Below are positions 23,517 to 36,248 of a DNA stretch of 64,000 nt, piece after piece. Positions within the stretch are counted from its first letter, which is position 1, and every line of letters begins with the position of its first letter. The notes under the pieces are model-generated. The model saw nothing but the letters and a program-made list of their open reading frames with translations, was not told where the DNA came from and ran no database searches. Source of the DNA: Laetmonice hystrix (lineage: Eukaryota); the NCBI GenBank assembly GCA_965235115.1, contig OZ249445.1, positions 3,782,001-3,846,000 on the forward strand, given 5' to 3'. The translations under genes and the position numbers were made by a program.

Positions 23517-24061
23517 CTGGAAATCACAAAAAACGGTTTTGATAAACGGTATTTACCATACATGCCAAGTCTCGATTAGGTATTTTAACTGTACAACTCA
23601 AGTCAAGACTAGTTCTAGTGGCGCTAGGTAGGCCTACTAACTAAGCCTTAGTCTAAGGCAGTAAGGAAGGTGCTACACTGCAGTGCAGTGCTAGTAGTAG
23701 TACTGGCTGCTACTAGTAGTAGTACTAGTCTTTTGTCGTTTTACAAGGTTTAGGCTGATCTAAGCGCCATAATAACACGAATGGGAAGAAATCCATCCAT
23801 CCATCTGTCCATATAACTAACTCTCCTATAGACTCAATAAAACCTAACTGTAGTACACCCTTCAAGTAGGCCTAATCACACAATGTTAGTCAGATCTGGA
23901 AAAAGATTCCAGAGTCAAACTCAAAGCCCATGCTGGCCGCCATATTGGTTTCATGGAGACAAACATAAAACCCTTGGAGACGCCTCAACTGCCTCTGAAA
24001 AGGTCTTGCCAAATACGAGAATATTTCATAAGGGTTATAGCTCCTTATGAGCAGATCTTAC

Positions 24062-24160
24062 CTTTGATATTTCCTACTTTTCTTTAAACCCAATGAATGG
24101 TTCGCGCACCTTGTCTGCTTTGTTTTTGACACCACTTCTGCTCCCAAACACAAGAATTAT
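24062..24160 (-). other. Candidate non-coding first exon of SKP1 (5' boundary approximate)
   Basis: AAG|GTAAGA donor at 24061 on the minus strand; an upstream non-coding exon is required because the ATG directly follows an acceptor. Confidence 0.55.
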
Positions 24161-24744
24161 CTGACGTCAGTAGCTGTTAGCTACAAGTACGCCATCTGTT
24201 AGTATTCCGCATTACTACCGTATTTATGCAGTGCCATCTAGCGAAACGCACATAGACTAAGAGGGTCGGTGCTCGTTTCGTGGCGCCACCTTCCGAACAA
24301 AAAGTAAATTATTTTTTTCATAATGTGCGCGTTTGATACTCTGGGCGGATTCTGTTATTTGTTCAACCCAAACTCTGATTGCCTGTCCCTGCTAAGCGAT
24401 CATACGGAAGGAGGGGGTTAGAGCGTCGCTAGAAAGCGATGTGAAAGACAACTTCGCACCATTTTTATTCCTTCTCCAATCCACACTTTATGAAAGACTC
24501 CTAGGCCTAAAGTCCGCTAAAGTCCGTGACACAGACAACTAATCAATGAATGGCAGGAGTATCGCGAGTTACTTTCGTATCATATAAAAGAAAACCATAC
24601 CAATTTTTCCCCCAGGTTAATTATTTTAGAAATGAAAATATAATATTATGATTCTTAGGGGTGAATTTACAGAGAAACATTTTATTATTAAAATTAATGT
24701 CACTTGGGAAAGTATTGGTTTCGTACAATTACTGTCGGAAATGA

Positions 24745-24797
24745 AATTCAACATGGCGAGTCTGGATTGATGGATTTCCTACGCGCTTTTACTGGAG
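24745..24797 (+). other. Candidate non-coding first exon of the p190RhoGAP gene (5' boundary approximate)
   Basis: GAG|GTAAGA donor at 24798; AACATGGCG motif; no other + strand gene was found before 58889. Confidence 0.45.
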
Positions 24798-25751
24798 GTA
24801 AGAAGACATTCTGACGTTTGATACAGATGTATTGAGTCGACTTGAGGGTTGAACTGGTCAATAAGTTGAGAGTATACTTATTAATACTTGTCCATATTGA
24901 TGGTCTAACCAGTAGTACGCTGTCGGTGTCATCTGACAATACATCACCACATCGTCCCACCCTCCATCTCCCGTTCAGTCTTTGGTTTGATTCTTTACCA
25001 ACCAAGGCACTGCCACTGGCGTTCACTGGCACTGCCGCTGGCCTGCTTGATTGAAGTCTGACAGCATATGTGCCGCCGTACAAATCCACACGTTCCATAT
25101 TGGAAGTAAATTTATTCGTTTCAGACGGTCTTGACTTTATCATAGACATACCTGGCCCTGGGATTATCTTTGATCAATGTGACAATGATGATACTGTGTG
25201 AGTCTGTGTCTAGATCTATGTGGATTGTGGGTTACCGCAGTTGGTGAAGCGGGCAATTTCATAGAATTTAGAAATATTGCGTTTGAAATACGAATTCTCA
25301 GAATGGGGGGAAATTTATTTTCAGACACTATTGGGAAAACTTAGTTATGTGAGGTGTAGCTCTGGTCTGTATGTGATTTTTGACAAGTCATATCCTTAAA
25401 CATTTGTTGTTGCCAAGGTGTCTTTTCCATAGATAATTAGGTATGTATTGAACTGTTTAACTGATTATGTATTGTGTGGACAAACACTTTCATTTACAGA
25501 TAACTATAGTCTATCTCAAAGTTAAAAATGTGCATCTTCCAGCTGGCATCTTTTCCAGGAACTGGTCCAAAATATGATGTCTCACACTGTTGTATGTTTT
25601 TTTCAGAAATGTACATAGGCCATAATTTCAATTTTGTCCAATGTTGTGCGACTGGTATTAGAAAGCCATTATAAATGTACTAAATTTGTGACGGTGTGCC
25701 CTATAGTTGCAGGAACTATGGGTTCATTTGGAAGCCTCAGGTGTGACTTAA

Positions 25752-25837
25752 CCCTTTCCAGACGGACCGGCCAAATTTGGCCGGTGAATTTGCATTAGAA
25801 TTGGTATAAAATAGAAAACAAATCAGTCTGGAAAGGG
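25752..25837. mobile_element. 86-bp piggyBac-type miniature element
   Basis: TTAA|CCCTTTCCAGAC ... GTCTGGAAAGGG|TTAA: perfect 12-bp TIRs, CCC termini, TTAA target duplication. Confidence 0.88.
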
Positions 25838-26082
25838 TTAAGTTTGCATGGTGGTCTTCATACTGTTGCTTAGCCTTAGATCCTTTAGTTTAGAAATGGC
25901 ATTCTTTTTCCAGAAATACTAAATCTGTACCCGTAATTGAATGGCATGTGGGTTGATGCAGCTGAGATTCATCTTCCCCATGTGCATACATGTGGAGGAG
26001 GGCAATGCTTGGTATTGGAATTTGTCTTCAGAAACAAAGATAGTATTGTCATGTTTGTTTCTGCTAGTATTTAGTTTCCATA

Positions 26083-26241
26083 AAGGCCGGTTTATAGTCT
26101 GTCGGACGACCATCGCCCGGCCTGAGGTCAAAGTTCACATAGATTTAACTCTCAGCGATCGGTCGGCCGATGGCCGGATGATGGGATCGCTGAACTATAA
26201 ACGTTCAGTTATGGTCAGCCGATGGACTATAAACTGGCCTT
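26083..26241. mobile_element. 159-bp MITE with TA flanks
   Basis: TIR aaggcc(g/a)gtttatagtc with 1 mismatch; internal ccgatc/gatcgg repeats. Confidence 0.85.
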
Positions 26242-27339
26242 TATGCTTAAATCCATGGTAAAAAAAAATATAGACTGGTAATCCAAGAACCGACCATGAT
26301 CCACAAGATCAGACAAAAGGTTTCCTATTCTGATTTATTATCTTAATAATTGATAGTGAACATATTCCTCACACAAAATACAAACAATCCTGCTAAGTAT
26401 TGATTCTTTCTTTTTTTGCTCTACATGGACAGCAGATGTTGGTTGATTTTGATGAGATAGGTGCAATGTTATTTCTTCGGAATATATTACATACAGGCCT
26501 ATTAATAATGATTATTCAAAATATACTAATTCCATATTTAATGTTTATTGAACGCAATTCGCACTGATAGGGGATATAGACAATTTGTTGTGGTCTATGG
26601 CCGAAGTGAAGACACGCCCCAGGTTATAAGCACTCAGCAATTCCCTGGGGCCAGCTGGGCTGGAGTTATAATTAGCCTGCTACTGTGACTCTCGGTCAGG
26701 CTTCCTATACAGCCCTCCTCCTTATTTTTGGACAGTTATCATGGATAAACAGGTGCATGGATGGAAGAATATTGGTATCACATCCAACTATTTTGCCACA
26801 AAATGATTCTTTTAATGGCAGTTGATGTCACAGTGGTGTCACAATTGCTGGCAAAATGGTTAAGAATATGTAGTTCTGATAGTGTTTTATTACCTGGGTA
26901 CCATTGGTACTACGGCAGGTTCACACTGAGGAGCAGCCGAGTTACCTCGGCAAGTAGGAGTCCCGGGACAGTTTGCCCCAGGACAGCAGTGTAAACCTAG
27001 CCCTTGTCTATTTTCTTCTCTTCTATATTACGGTAATATCAGATATTTTATGAATTAAACCTTAGATTTTCTTTAGTGGTAAATCTGATCTTTTGTAGTC
27101 CTGAGTAGAATTGACTGGATAAATGTTTGAATTTTACTGAGGACTATCCTAACTGCATGTTCCCTGTCTAGAGTTGAGGGTATGGGGATTATAGCAGCCC
27201 CCTCTAGCCTTGAACTGGTTACTGGGGGGAGCCGCACTTTACTTGCCAGACTTCCCAAGTGGAGTGAGCAGCAGAAGTAGGTAGATTGGCGAAGGTCAGT
27301 TATAAGTTATTCCTGACATACAAATACTGGCCTGCCGTG

Positions 27340-27435
27340 GCTGGTGGTGGTGGTGGCCGGTGGTGGTGGTCGCTGGGTGGGTGGGTGGTGGTGGTGGTGG
27401 TCGCTGGGTGGGTGGGTGGTGGTGGTGGTGGTGGG
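27340..27435 (+). repeat. Compound (GGT)n/(GGGT)n microsatellite
   Basis: Direct reading; similar (GGT)n at about 47031-47060 and (AG)n at about 55167-55190. Confidence 0.9.
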
Positions 27436-30400
27436 GACAGGGAGTTGGGCAAGGTGCAGACCGCTGAGGTAGCAAGTGCAAGCGGTATGAGGACTGCACT
27501 GTTTGTCAGTCTATGGTAGCTGGTGACTCACCTGACATTCCCTGCCCACGCACACCCCTGTTAACCTCAAAACAAACATTGACTGACTGGGTCAGTTCCA
27601 GTGTGATCTAGAGCACTGTCTGACACACCACCCACTATTTGATATGCCATCATCAGCTATATTTCACTCAAAACCTAATTAAAAATCTCTAGAAATCAAT
27701 TTTTGTGTGTGTTGGTATCTAGCAAAATGAAATGCTCAAAAGTGATTCATTTATCATTCTGACCCCAGGAAGGTTTATCACTAAAAGAGACAGAATTTGT
27801 TGTCATATAAGTGAAATTATTGAAGAACTTTACTCAAATCACTGTTCAAACCTTGGCTGTTGTTTTCCATAGGCACAGTCTTATTTTTAAACTCATTGAT
27901 ATGTCGACTTATAATGTGTTGAAGACATTACAGTGGCACTCAGTACTAGATAGGGGAATTGCTCCGGCCTGCAAGTGTCAGTACTAAGGTAGGGGAATTG
28001 CTCGGGCCTGCAAGTTCAGATCAATAACATTGCGAGTTCTATCCATGTATTAGATGCATACTTTCAACCTAAAGTGGTGGTGGAAGGAAAGGGAAGGGAG
28101 AGTAGATGTCACCGAGCTGGGTATGCAGGTTCCTACACAGTTAAGTACTTCCATATGGACCAGTAAGAACCAACCAAGTTCATGGCACAAACCAAGTGTC
28201 AAACAAAATTCTGGAACTTGATTTAAAACGATCACTTATTATCACTGTTTGGCAGGCGTGTTTTCTTTTGTTCTGAAGTACTTTTCTTGCCAGCCCTGTT
28301 TGGAAGTGTGGCAGCTCGCAGAATGAGATGAGTAGTGGGGCAGGCTGAACTGGGTCATGCTTCTCCTCTTGACCAGAAACTGGGTCACTCCACCTCCGGT
28401 GTTTCCTGTTTTTCCGCCACTTGTTCTGTAAAGTTGTCGCCCATGAAAGTGAGTGAGTGCTAAGCCTATTCTATTGTTCTCACAGTCAGTGTACTGTACT
28501 GAGGAATATTTGCGATGATATTAGAAACTTGGAAACGACCGCAATCAAAACGTAGGCGCAAGGTTATCAAAGAGGAGAACTGGGAGCCGATGGGACCATA
28601 GAGATAGGAGTACCTCAGTGATGTGGAGGGATGGATCGGCAGGAGGTGACACGTGCCACATCTACAGAGTACGAGGCCGTCACCTGGTAATGTGCAGCAA
28701 TGACATTGGTATGATGGCTTTTATATACTTCACGCTTCATTACATTGTTGTATAATTTCGTTACCAGGTACTCCCAGTCGCTTGCCTTCTGGGATAATTG
28801 TGTGTTGAAAGACCACAGCCCCTTTTTGTTGGGAGAATGGACCACTGTGTTGTCAAAAGATCAGGGAGCCGTTTCGCTAACGCTAAGAGCGACGTATACG
28901 GGCTGTCCTACCGGCAACGACTACGAATAGTCTGTCACTTAGTTGTAGGGCCTTGTTGTATTTTTTTTTACTTCCAGGTTATAGTGATCAAAAGAAAATT
29001 AAACTGGCCTGAGCAATTATAATTGGTAACTTACATAGATCAGTAAGTACTTCAAAATTTATTTTTATCACTCATTGGGAGCCATGAAGTATTTTCGGGC
29101 AACAGATTCTGCAGCTTTCTGATATGCTCCTGGCCTGTCAGCATTGACTCAGCAAGAGAAAAACAATATTTTCCCTTTTATGTTCTGGTTGGTCATCACT
29201 TCGGCATTCCCTAATAAAATTATTATCTTGCCCACTTAATGTTGCATCTAATTATTTTTTTCCTGGCTTTTTAAATTTTTGGAACATAGATTTCATATTG
29301 TGACTGTTCAGTAAGTTCCTGTAACATAGAAAGAAATGGTGTCTGTGTAACATTGTACTGTACAGGACCTGTTGACAGCGTGTGAAATTACAAAGGATAA
29401 GTTTGAGGACATATATGTATGTACATGTATACAAGTCAAGGCTGAGGGCAAACAGAGATGAACGCTAGCAGATGTTGGCCTCTGGTCCAACGTCTCGCAG
29501 CAATCCTGGATGCCCCTTGATGTGTCAACCACACACACGGAGGTTGTCCAAGGATATGAAACGTGACCATTTGTAGGCAGCCCCTATGTCTATGTCATAT
29601 GAGTAGAACATTGCCTACATGGTTGGTTGTCCCACATTTAGGACCAGCTTAGCAGTGATTGAAGGATGCCAGCAGGAATTTGCCTGTGTCGGTCGTAATG
29701 TTATAATAACTCATTTAAGAGTTGCATCATGCAATACAGATTGGACAATAACGCTGGGAACACAAATAAGCGGGATGGTGCAGTTTAAGGGCGTGTGATA
29801 TATATATTTTTTTAAACCTAATAAAACCTTTGAATTTTCACCAACAAATGATATGCTCTTAGCTTAAGCAACAAGACTAGACTGGCGGACTAAAGCAACA
29901 AGACTAGACTGGCGGACTAGTCTCATTGGCGGAACGTCATGTATGTTTTGTCACGGTAGCCTAGGCGAACTCTAAGGGCACCCATAATTATTAGAACATA
30001 CTCTGCAGAACTCCACTTGAGGGCTGAGGCCGTGAAATGCTGTTTGAGACAGTATAGACCTGTAACAACAGTCTACTGCAGTTAACGGTCGTCGGCGCCG
30101 CATAAAGGGAATTCTAGGGACATATGGTGCCAAGATGTCCAACGGCTTACTGGCTGATGAGTCCAAGCGAAGGCAACTGTTGCCCTTTCTGAACCTCACA
30201 CTGCAGACTTCAGTCTTTTATAGATCTACAGGGGTCGAGACAATTTCCCAGCGGGTCCGTGTGCGGCCCAAGGGAAGCGCCAATGAAGCTGGAATTCTCA
30301 GGCCATTGTCTGGGAATCATGTGGAGCTTTGACATCAAAATCCAGACCAAACCAGGGATTAAAGTACATAATGGCAAGGAGCTCAGCTGATCAATAAGGC

Positions 30401-32655
30401 TTCCAAGCAGGAAAGTTAGTTTAATGTTGTTGGAGGAGTGTATAAGAAAGACAAGGAAGCAGCGGTATTCACAGCATGTTGTTTTGCTTGGATACAGGAG
30501 ACCAACATACCAGGGAGACGTATTCACCTCCGGGGAGGAGGAAATGTTGCTGAAAAGAAATAACTACCGTCTCCTGAACAGCAGAGAAACAAACTTTTTA
30601 TCTGTGGGTGTCACTTTCAATTATTGTGTTCAGATGGTCTGTTAATAGCTCCTTAAATATGTATACAGTTCTTAATGATAAAATAATGACAGAGGGGAAG
30701 AATCCTGAATGTATAGATCATTCAATGGCCCCAAGTTGGTTGTGTGGCCTGATTTTTGGGTGACCCACTTTCTCAGTAGGTTTGACCCTTTGATCAAAGT
30801 CTCTGATTGTTAGGCCGGATGGAGTGTGGCCTGGAGGGAGTGGTATCTCCAGCAACCATCAGCCCTGGAGGCTGGGGGCCGACCTGTAGTTGTATACCAC
30901 CTCAGGAGTCGGGGCTCAGGAAGAGAAGTGACAAGGAGAGACTTGTAATGGGAAGTTCCTGGCGGCAGCAGGGCCGGGAGGAGGGGGGCAGATCAGAAAT
31001 GATTCACACCATGATAACGATAGCGATGTCGGACAGTCATCATTCTACTGTTTAACTATTATGGATAACCATAATATTAATTGATAGGAACATACCATTG
31101 ATACCTGAAATATTCTCAGGCGTAATCAAGGAACAGAGTCCTGATTTGGATTTTATTCGAAGCATTCCCCATGTTAATTTGCTAAATTTCAGGATTGCTT
31201 TTTAGAATGATTTTTTTGCTCAGATGAAAAAAGAGAGGACTTGGAATGGTTTGTTGGAGATACTGTTTGAGCGACAGTTTAATAATCATAAGGACTCTCT
31301 TTTAGTAATAGTTAGAATAGATCTTACCAGACTTTGGTATTTCTGTCACTATTCTGGCTTCCATTGGCACCCAGTCACTCACTGGGCATGTAGTAGTAAG
31401 GTGATGTGCACACATAACCTAGCTAATGCTAATAACGCCCTAATAACTATAACTGTGGAAGACCGAAGACGGTGGGGGCTGCTGCTGCTGCTGCTGCCGC
31501 TCCTGCTCCTGTTATCCCAGACAGCTCCAGGTCTTGCAGAATCCACAGAGCAGTCAGTGGACCCCGTTGGTGGACCCAAAGGCTACTGGACAGTAAGGAA
31601 TGAGGCTAAAACAACAGCACAAGGAAGTAAGAGCACTGTGACTGAGCCATAGGCATGCAGTGTGACTCACTCTAATGAGAGGCAGACAGCAGGCAGGCTG
31701 GCAGGCAGGGCAGGAGCTGCCATGTGGCTCCACAGACGTTTGCTAGCTCCTACTGTGAGCAGCAGCTGGACCGATGGACCTACCGATGAGACACCAACTC
31801 GGAGAGACTGGGAGGACGGGAGGCCAATAGCAGCAGACATTAGGAAAGAGGTCAGTATGACTATCAGACGGCTGCTGCTGATGGCCGGCTTGGCCAGTGG
31901 GCAATGACCTTTCGTTCTTGCTTGCGTTCACTACTTGATGTGAACATCAATGCTCCCTTTATCAGTAAGAAAAACATTACGGCCTGTTGCATATACCCGC
32001 CAGGATACCAGAGATCTTGAAATTCTACCATCTCTGAGGATACTGAGATATCATTCAGATATTGCCCTGGTTGTCATGCAGTAGACTCCTTTTCATCGCA
32101 TTTTGTGTAAATTTTTAAGTTTATCTATCTCTGCGACGTTCCTGGGACGGTACGGCTCGTAGTTCATGGCATGGCAGTGGCCTACATGTGGCCAGTATCA
32201 GGTGACAACATGTGCGATATGGTGACCGGGGAGGAGTCTACATACGTTCACAGCCTGACAGGGTTTTGTCTACACGCGTCTTGCGTCTTGTTCGGGCGAT
32301 TGCCGCCACTGACCCACATAGCTATGATAAACACGTGGTGTCGTCTATGGGACCCGTCCTCTGTCATCTGTACACTCAGTCCGACCTGCCCTCCCTCTAT
32401 GCCTCCCAACCTTTCGCAGTCGTCACCTACAAAACAGCCAGGCTGAGGTCAGAGGGCAGGAACTTAGTGAACTGCACACAAACAGATTATTTTATAGGTC
32501 AGCCGAGCTGTTGATTTTCAAGATTATCAGAATCCGACTTGGCTAGAGCCAGTAAAGGCTGAATCATATATCATGGTGGCAGTGGACGTGGCAGTGATGA
32601 TCTGACAAAACAATGATTCCGTCCTATAATTTAAATCTAAAAAAAGATACGTAAT

Positions 32656-33005
32656 CAGTGGGGGATCCAGGATTTTGATAAGGGGGGGGGGGGCCCACCT
32701 AAAAAGTTTTTAGCCTCGCTAAGCTCTGCATGATTTTATTGTAATCATGGCCATTTTGGGCCCCTTTTGGTCTATTTCAATGCTGCATGACCCAGAGTTA
32801 TGTTGCTCCTGGATGACTGAGGAGGCCCTATTGGGCCCGATGTTACTTTCACGTACAATATAGGAGGCTTTTTTTACAGAATTTTGTTGGAATACTGGTT
32901 TCAGGGTCCGAATAATGCATCTTCTTACAAAAAAGCGGGGAAAAGGAAAATTTAAGGGGGGGGGGGCCCGGGCCCCTTGGCCCCCCCCCCCTGGATCCCC
33001 CAGTG
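32656..33005. mobile_element. GC-rich MITE (GGATCCAGG family) with a 5-bp target-site duplication
   Basis: TIR ca(g/c)tgggggatccagg; GTAAT at 32651-32655 and 33006-33010. Confidence 0.85.
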
Positions 33006-33423
33006 GTAATACACTGTGTAGAAAATTGATGTCCATACAGAGGTGGTTGAAAGAACGTGAGCAGGGAAGAGAAGAAGGCGGTAGTCTGGTGTGGTGGTTA
33101 GAGATGAATTAATGATTGATGATCCAGTCAGGATGGATCTATATGGACGGTGGAACAGGAGTAAAGTCACCTTCTGCAGACAAACTATACCTAGCCACCG
33201 TGTTGAACACCACCACTGCACCAGATGTAATTAAAATTTATCCTGGCTCTAATTACAGCTTCATTTCTATACATTTTGAGTTGTAATTTAGTATTTTCAT
33301 TTAAAGTCTGATTAAGGCAGTCTCAAGTGAAAACAGTCTTAAATTCCATGGTGTGGCTAAGGTACTGAGGCACCAGATTGATGGATTTTAGTCTCATTAA
33401 TTCCCTTATTGCACGTAATACTG

Positions 33424-33600
33424 CACTATTTTTGTCGAGTTTTATGTCAGAGCCTCTATTTTTGTCGAGTTTTGTATTAGAAACACTATTTTTGTTGCGT
33501 TTTGTGTTAGAGACACCATTTTTGTCAAGTTTTATCAGGGACACTATTTTTGTTGAGTTTTATAGAAACACTAATTTTGTCGAGTTTTATGTTACAGATA
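33424..33600 (+). repeat. Degenerate 27-30-bp tandem repeat, about 6 copies
   Basis: (cactatttttgtcgagttttatgttagaga)n. Confidence 0.85.
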
Positions 33601-36089
33601 CAGTAGGGACTTTTAGAAAGAGTGTTTTTGTGCTCACAGCATGGATAGATAAGATCAATAATTAATCCTTTTTTTCAACCAAGTCACTGCACCATGCAGC
33701 TATGATATTTAAAGCTGGGTACACTTGGCTGCCTACAGACAGAGGTGCCAAGGCTGCTTACTACCAGAAGTGACAAACAAACCGTAAACACCCTACTTTG
33801 ATCAATTTACACCAGCTGACATTTCAAATCGATTTCTTCCAAAGACCTGACACCTTCAGCTAGATTTTTGTAATATACAAATTTGTACATGAACTGAAGT
33901 TATTAATTAACAGCACTTAATTAATGAGAAATCTTTAATACTGTCATTGACCACATACTAAGGGCTTCTAAATTACGACCTCCGTAATTTTTGACCCCAA
34001 ATAATTCAGAAAGTTACTGAAGTTTTATGTGTTTTACAGTAGTAGGATGCTGAGGGAGGAGGGGGTGGCATTCAGATAGGGGAGCTGGCCGCTGTGGGGT
34101 GACATGATGGTGTGTTTGCATGCTGCTGGCTCGTTTACCGACTATGCCATGGAACGTCACCTTACGACAGGTTCAACTGTTATAGCTCAAGGTAGGGTGT
34201 GGAAGGACCTGGGTGGGGGTGGGGGTGGGGGCGCTGAGGTGTATGTGGGGGTGGCGAGGGGGGGGGGAGGCAGGCGGGAAGATATTTGAAGGGGGACGGC
34301 AAGGTGGACTAAACATCTTTGCGATATATATCCTCAAGAGATTAGTACTAGTCCGTATAATTTTTAGCTCCTCTTGTCCTGGCATTTTGTCAAATAAATC
34401 GGTGATGGCTTCCTTCTCATGGATTCGACCAGAGGTACGATCCTGTTCGCCTGCCTGGCGTACTGTATGTATCAAAGTCCACAGTACCGTTTGTTTGTTG
34501 GGGTCGTGTTCCGAGAGAACATGCCACCAGACATGTACCTCTGAGCGAGCCTTACCACCACGTACTATCAACCAAATCCCAACACAGATTAACGGCAGAC
34601 TATCGCTGTTATCTGGTTTCTATTGGTCGTTGATCCCAGGACTTCCGTGAACGTGTAACGACACGAGTTGACATTGGGTTACGATGTAGCCTTACTACAC
34701 AGCTAACTGTTTCATGACCTAGCAGTTCGAGTAGCCATGAGGACATACAGAATCACTTTAACCATTGTTTGTGAGGTACATTATTTTGAGAATATAGATG
34801 AAGAAATAATCACAGGACTGTAGGGTGATCAAACAGAGAGAAGAAAAGAAGAACAATACACATGTGTAGATACTCTATATACATAGATTATACAGAGCTT
34901 AATGTGGAGTGGTAACTTAGTGGTGTCATATAAGTCATTGGCGTAAACAGGAGGAATTTAATAAACGTCTCCTAAGATGTTGGAAAGTCATCATTCTCAT
35001 TTGAGAATGCAGTTTCGACTTGGAAAATCTAAAGAGGAGAATAAAGCTCAATCATGAGGGAGAAATGCTGGCAGGAATTCATTGTGAGTTGTCATTTTCC
35101 ATTTATACAGGTTCTGATGGTGAGGACTGTTAAAATTCCTTGTGTGCCCATAGTTTCATTGGGCATTGATGTGGTGAGAACTTTGCGAGACTGATGGTTA
35201 GTTTGTCAGTGTTGCCATGGTACCAGAAGATACTGACCATAAAGCCATCAAACACTATCTTATTGCTGACTCATCGTGTTTGGAGATCAATAAGGAGATC
35301 GGTCAGGGACGACACTCTCCAAGCGGAGACATCCAGTGGTAGATGCCCTGCCCCAGCATAAATTAGGTCCCGCTCTCTGGGACTGCCTGCAGAAAGTGTT
35401 CCCCATCAGTCAAGTCTAGAAATTGTATTATCTCCATCCCTGAATATGTGCAGCTTTCAGGTTTGTCTCGCTTGGCTGTGGGACGGAAGGATTGACTTAT
35501 TGAATCCAACGACTTGTGGTGTTCGTGGCAGGACGAATGGCAGTGGCGATCGTGAACCCAAGATAATGACTTTAAAGTGATATAGGGACGGCCATACGGA
35601 GGGAAACTTTGGCCGAAAATCTATTTTCTCCGCCAAGGTAATCACACAGCCCTTCGGACGGATCACTGTATATTGGATTGACAGAAATAGACCTGGGATT
35701 GCGGTGATGATAATCTGAAACATCACTTATAACTTTCTGGGAAGTCCTGAGGCTCCTATGAACAGGATTGTCCTAAGATCGTAGACGCCAAACTTTGGCC
35801 TTGATAGATAAGCTGTAAGCCGGACCTTCTCTATCTGTAGAGAGCTTTGTTTGAGGTCAACTTTCTGGTGAAATCGGCCCACACCTCCTCTCCGCGGTCT
35901 GTCAAGAGGCAGGCAGCTCTCTGAAGTGGCCGGCAGCATTCTCAAGGGGCCAGACATAGGGATCAGTACGGTCAGCATGAGTCTGGGGGCCAACATGGGA
36001 TGCACCCAGACAAGAACTGGGAGAGTGGGAGGATATTACAGGTATTTAAGTTTGGGTCTTACGCTAGCGGGACAGCCAGGCCCAGGGTC

Positions 36090-36248
36090 ATATCGGGGCG
36101 GTCAGTTTTACTTGTGGAAGAATCCTGAGAACCCGGCTGGAGAAACGACAGACCTTATTGAAGGAAACTGACAAACCTTCTCACCTGTGGCTCTAATGGG
36201 ATTCGAACCGTCGCAAGCCGGAGCCTTAGACCATGCCGCCTTGGACTC
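36090..36248 (-). mobile_element. tRNA-derived SINE remnant (V/Meta-core type), 3'-truncated
   Basis: Minus strand: A-box-like ggcatggtctaagg, B box GGTTCGAATCC (36198-36209), then ...ttctccagccgggttctcaggattcttccac-aagtaaaactgaccgccccgatat, resembling the V and Meta domains of molluscan SINEs as recalled. Confidence 0.7.

Larger units (their letters stand above)
23930..24800. promoter_or_regulatory. Candidate bidirectional promoter for SKP1 (-) and p190RhoGAP (+)
   Basis: Local CpG enrichment; perfect CRE palindrome CTGACGTCAG at 24161-24170; YY1-type motifs in opposite orientations (GCCGCCATATTG about 23936-23947; AACATGGCG 24750-24758); outward-facing GTAAGA donors at 24061(-) and 24798(+). 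Confidence 0.55.

Noticed and set aside
24748-25149. 133-aa minus-strand ORF overlapping the promoter exon
   Set aside because: No recognisable homology; the length is within chance expectation
29866-29919. Exact short duplications (27 bp here; 20 bp at 43480-43519; about 38 bp at 27950-28015)
   Set aside because: Ordinary two-copy slippage or repair duplications with no further structure
31224-31652. 142-aa ORF with a signal-peptide-like LLLLLLPLLLLL stretch
   Set aside because: The leucine run comes from a (CTG)n microsatellite; there is no suitably placed Met, no recognisable domain and no splice support
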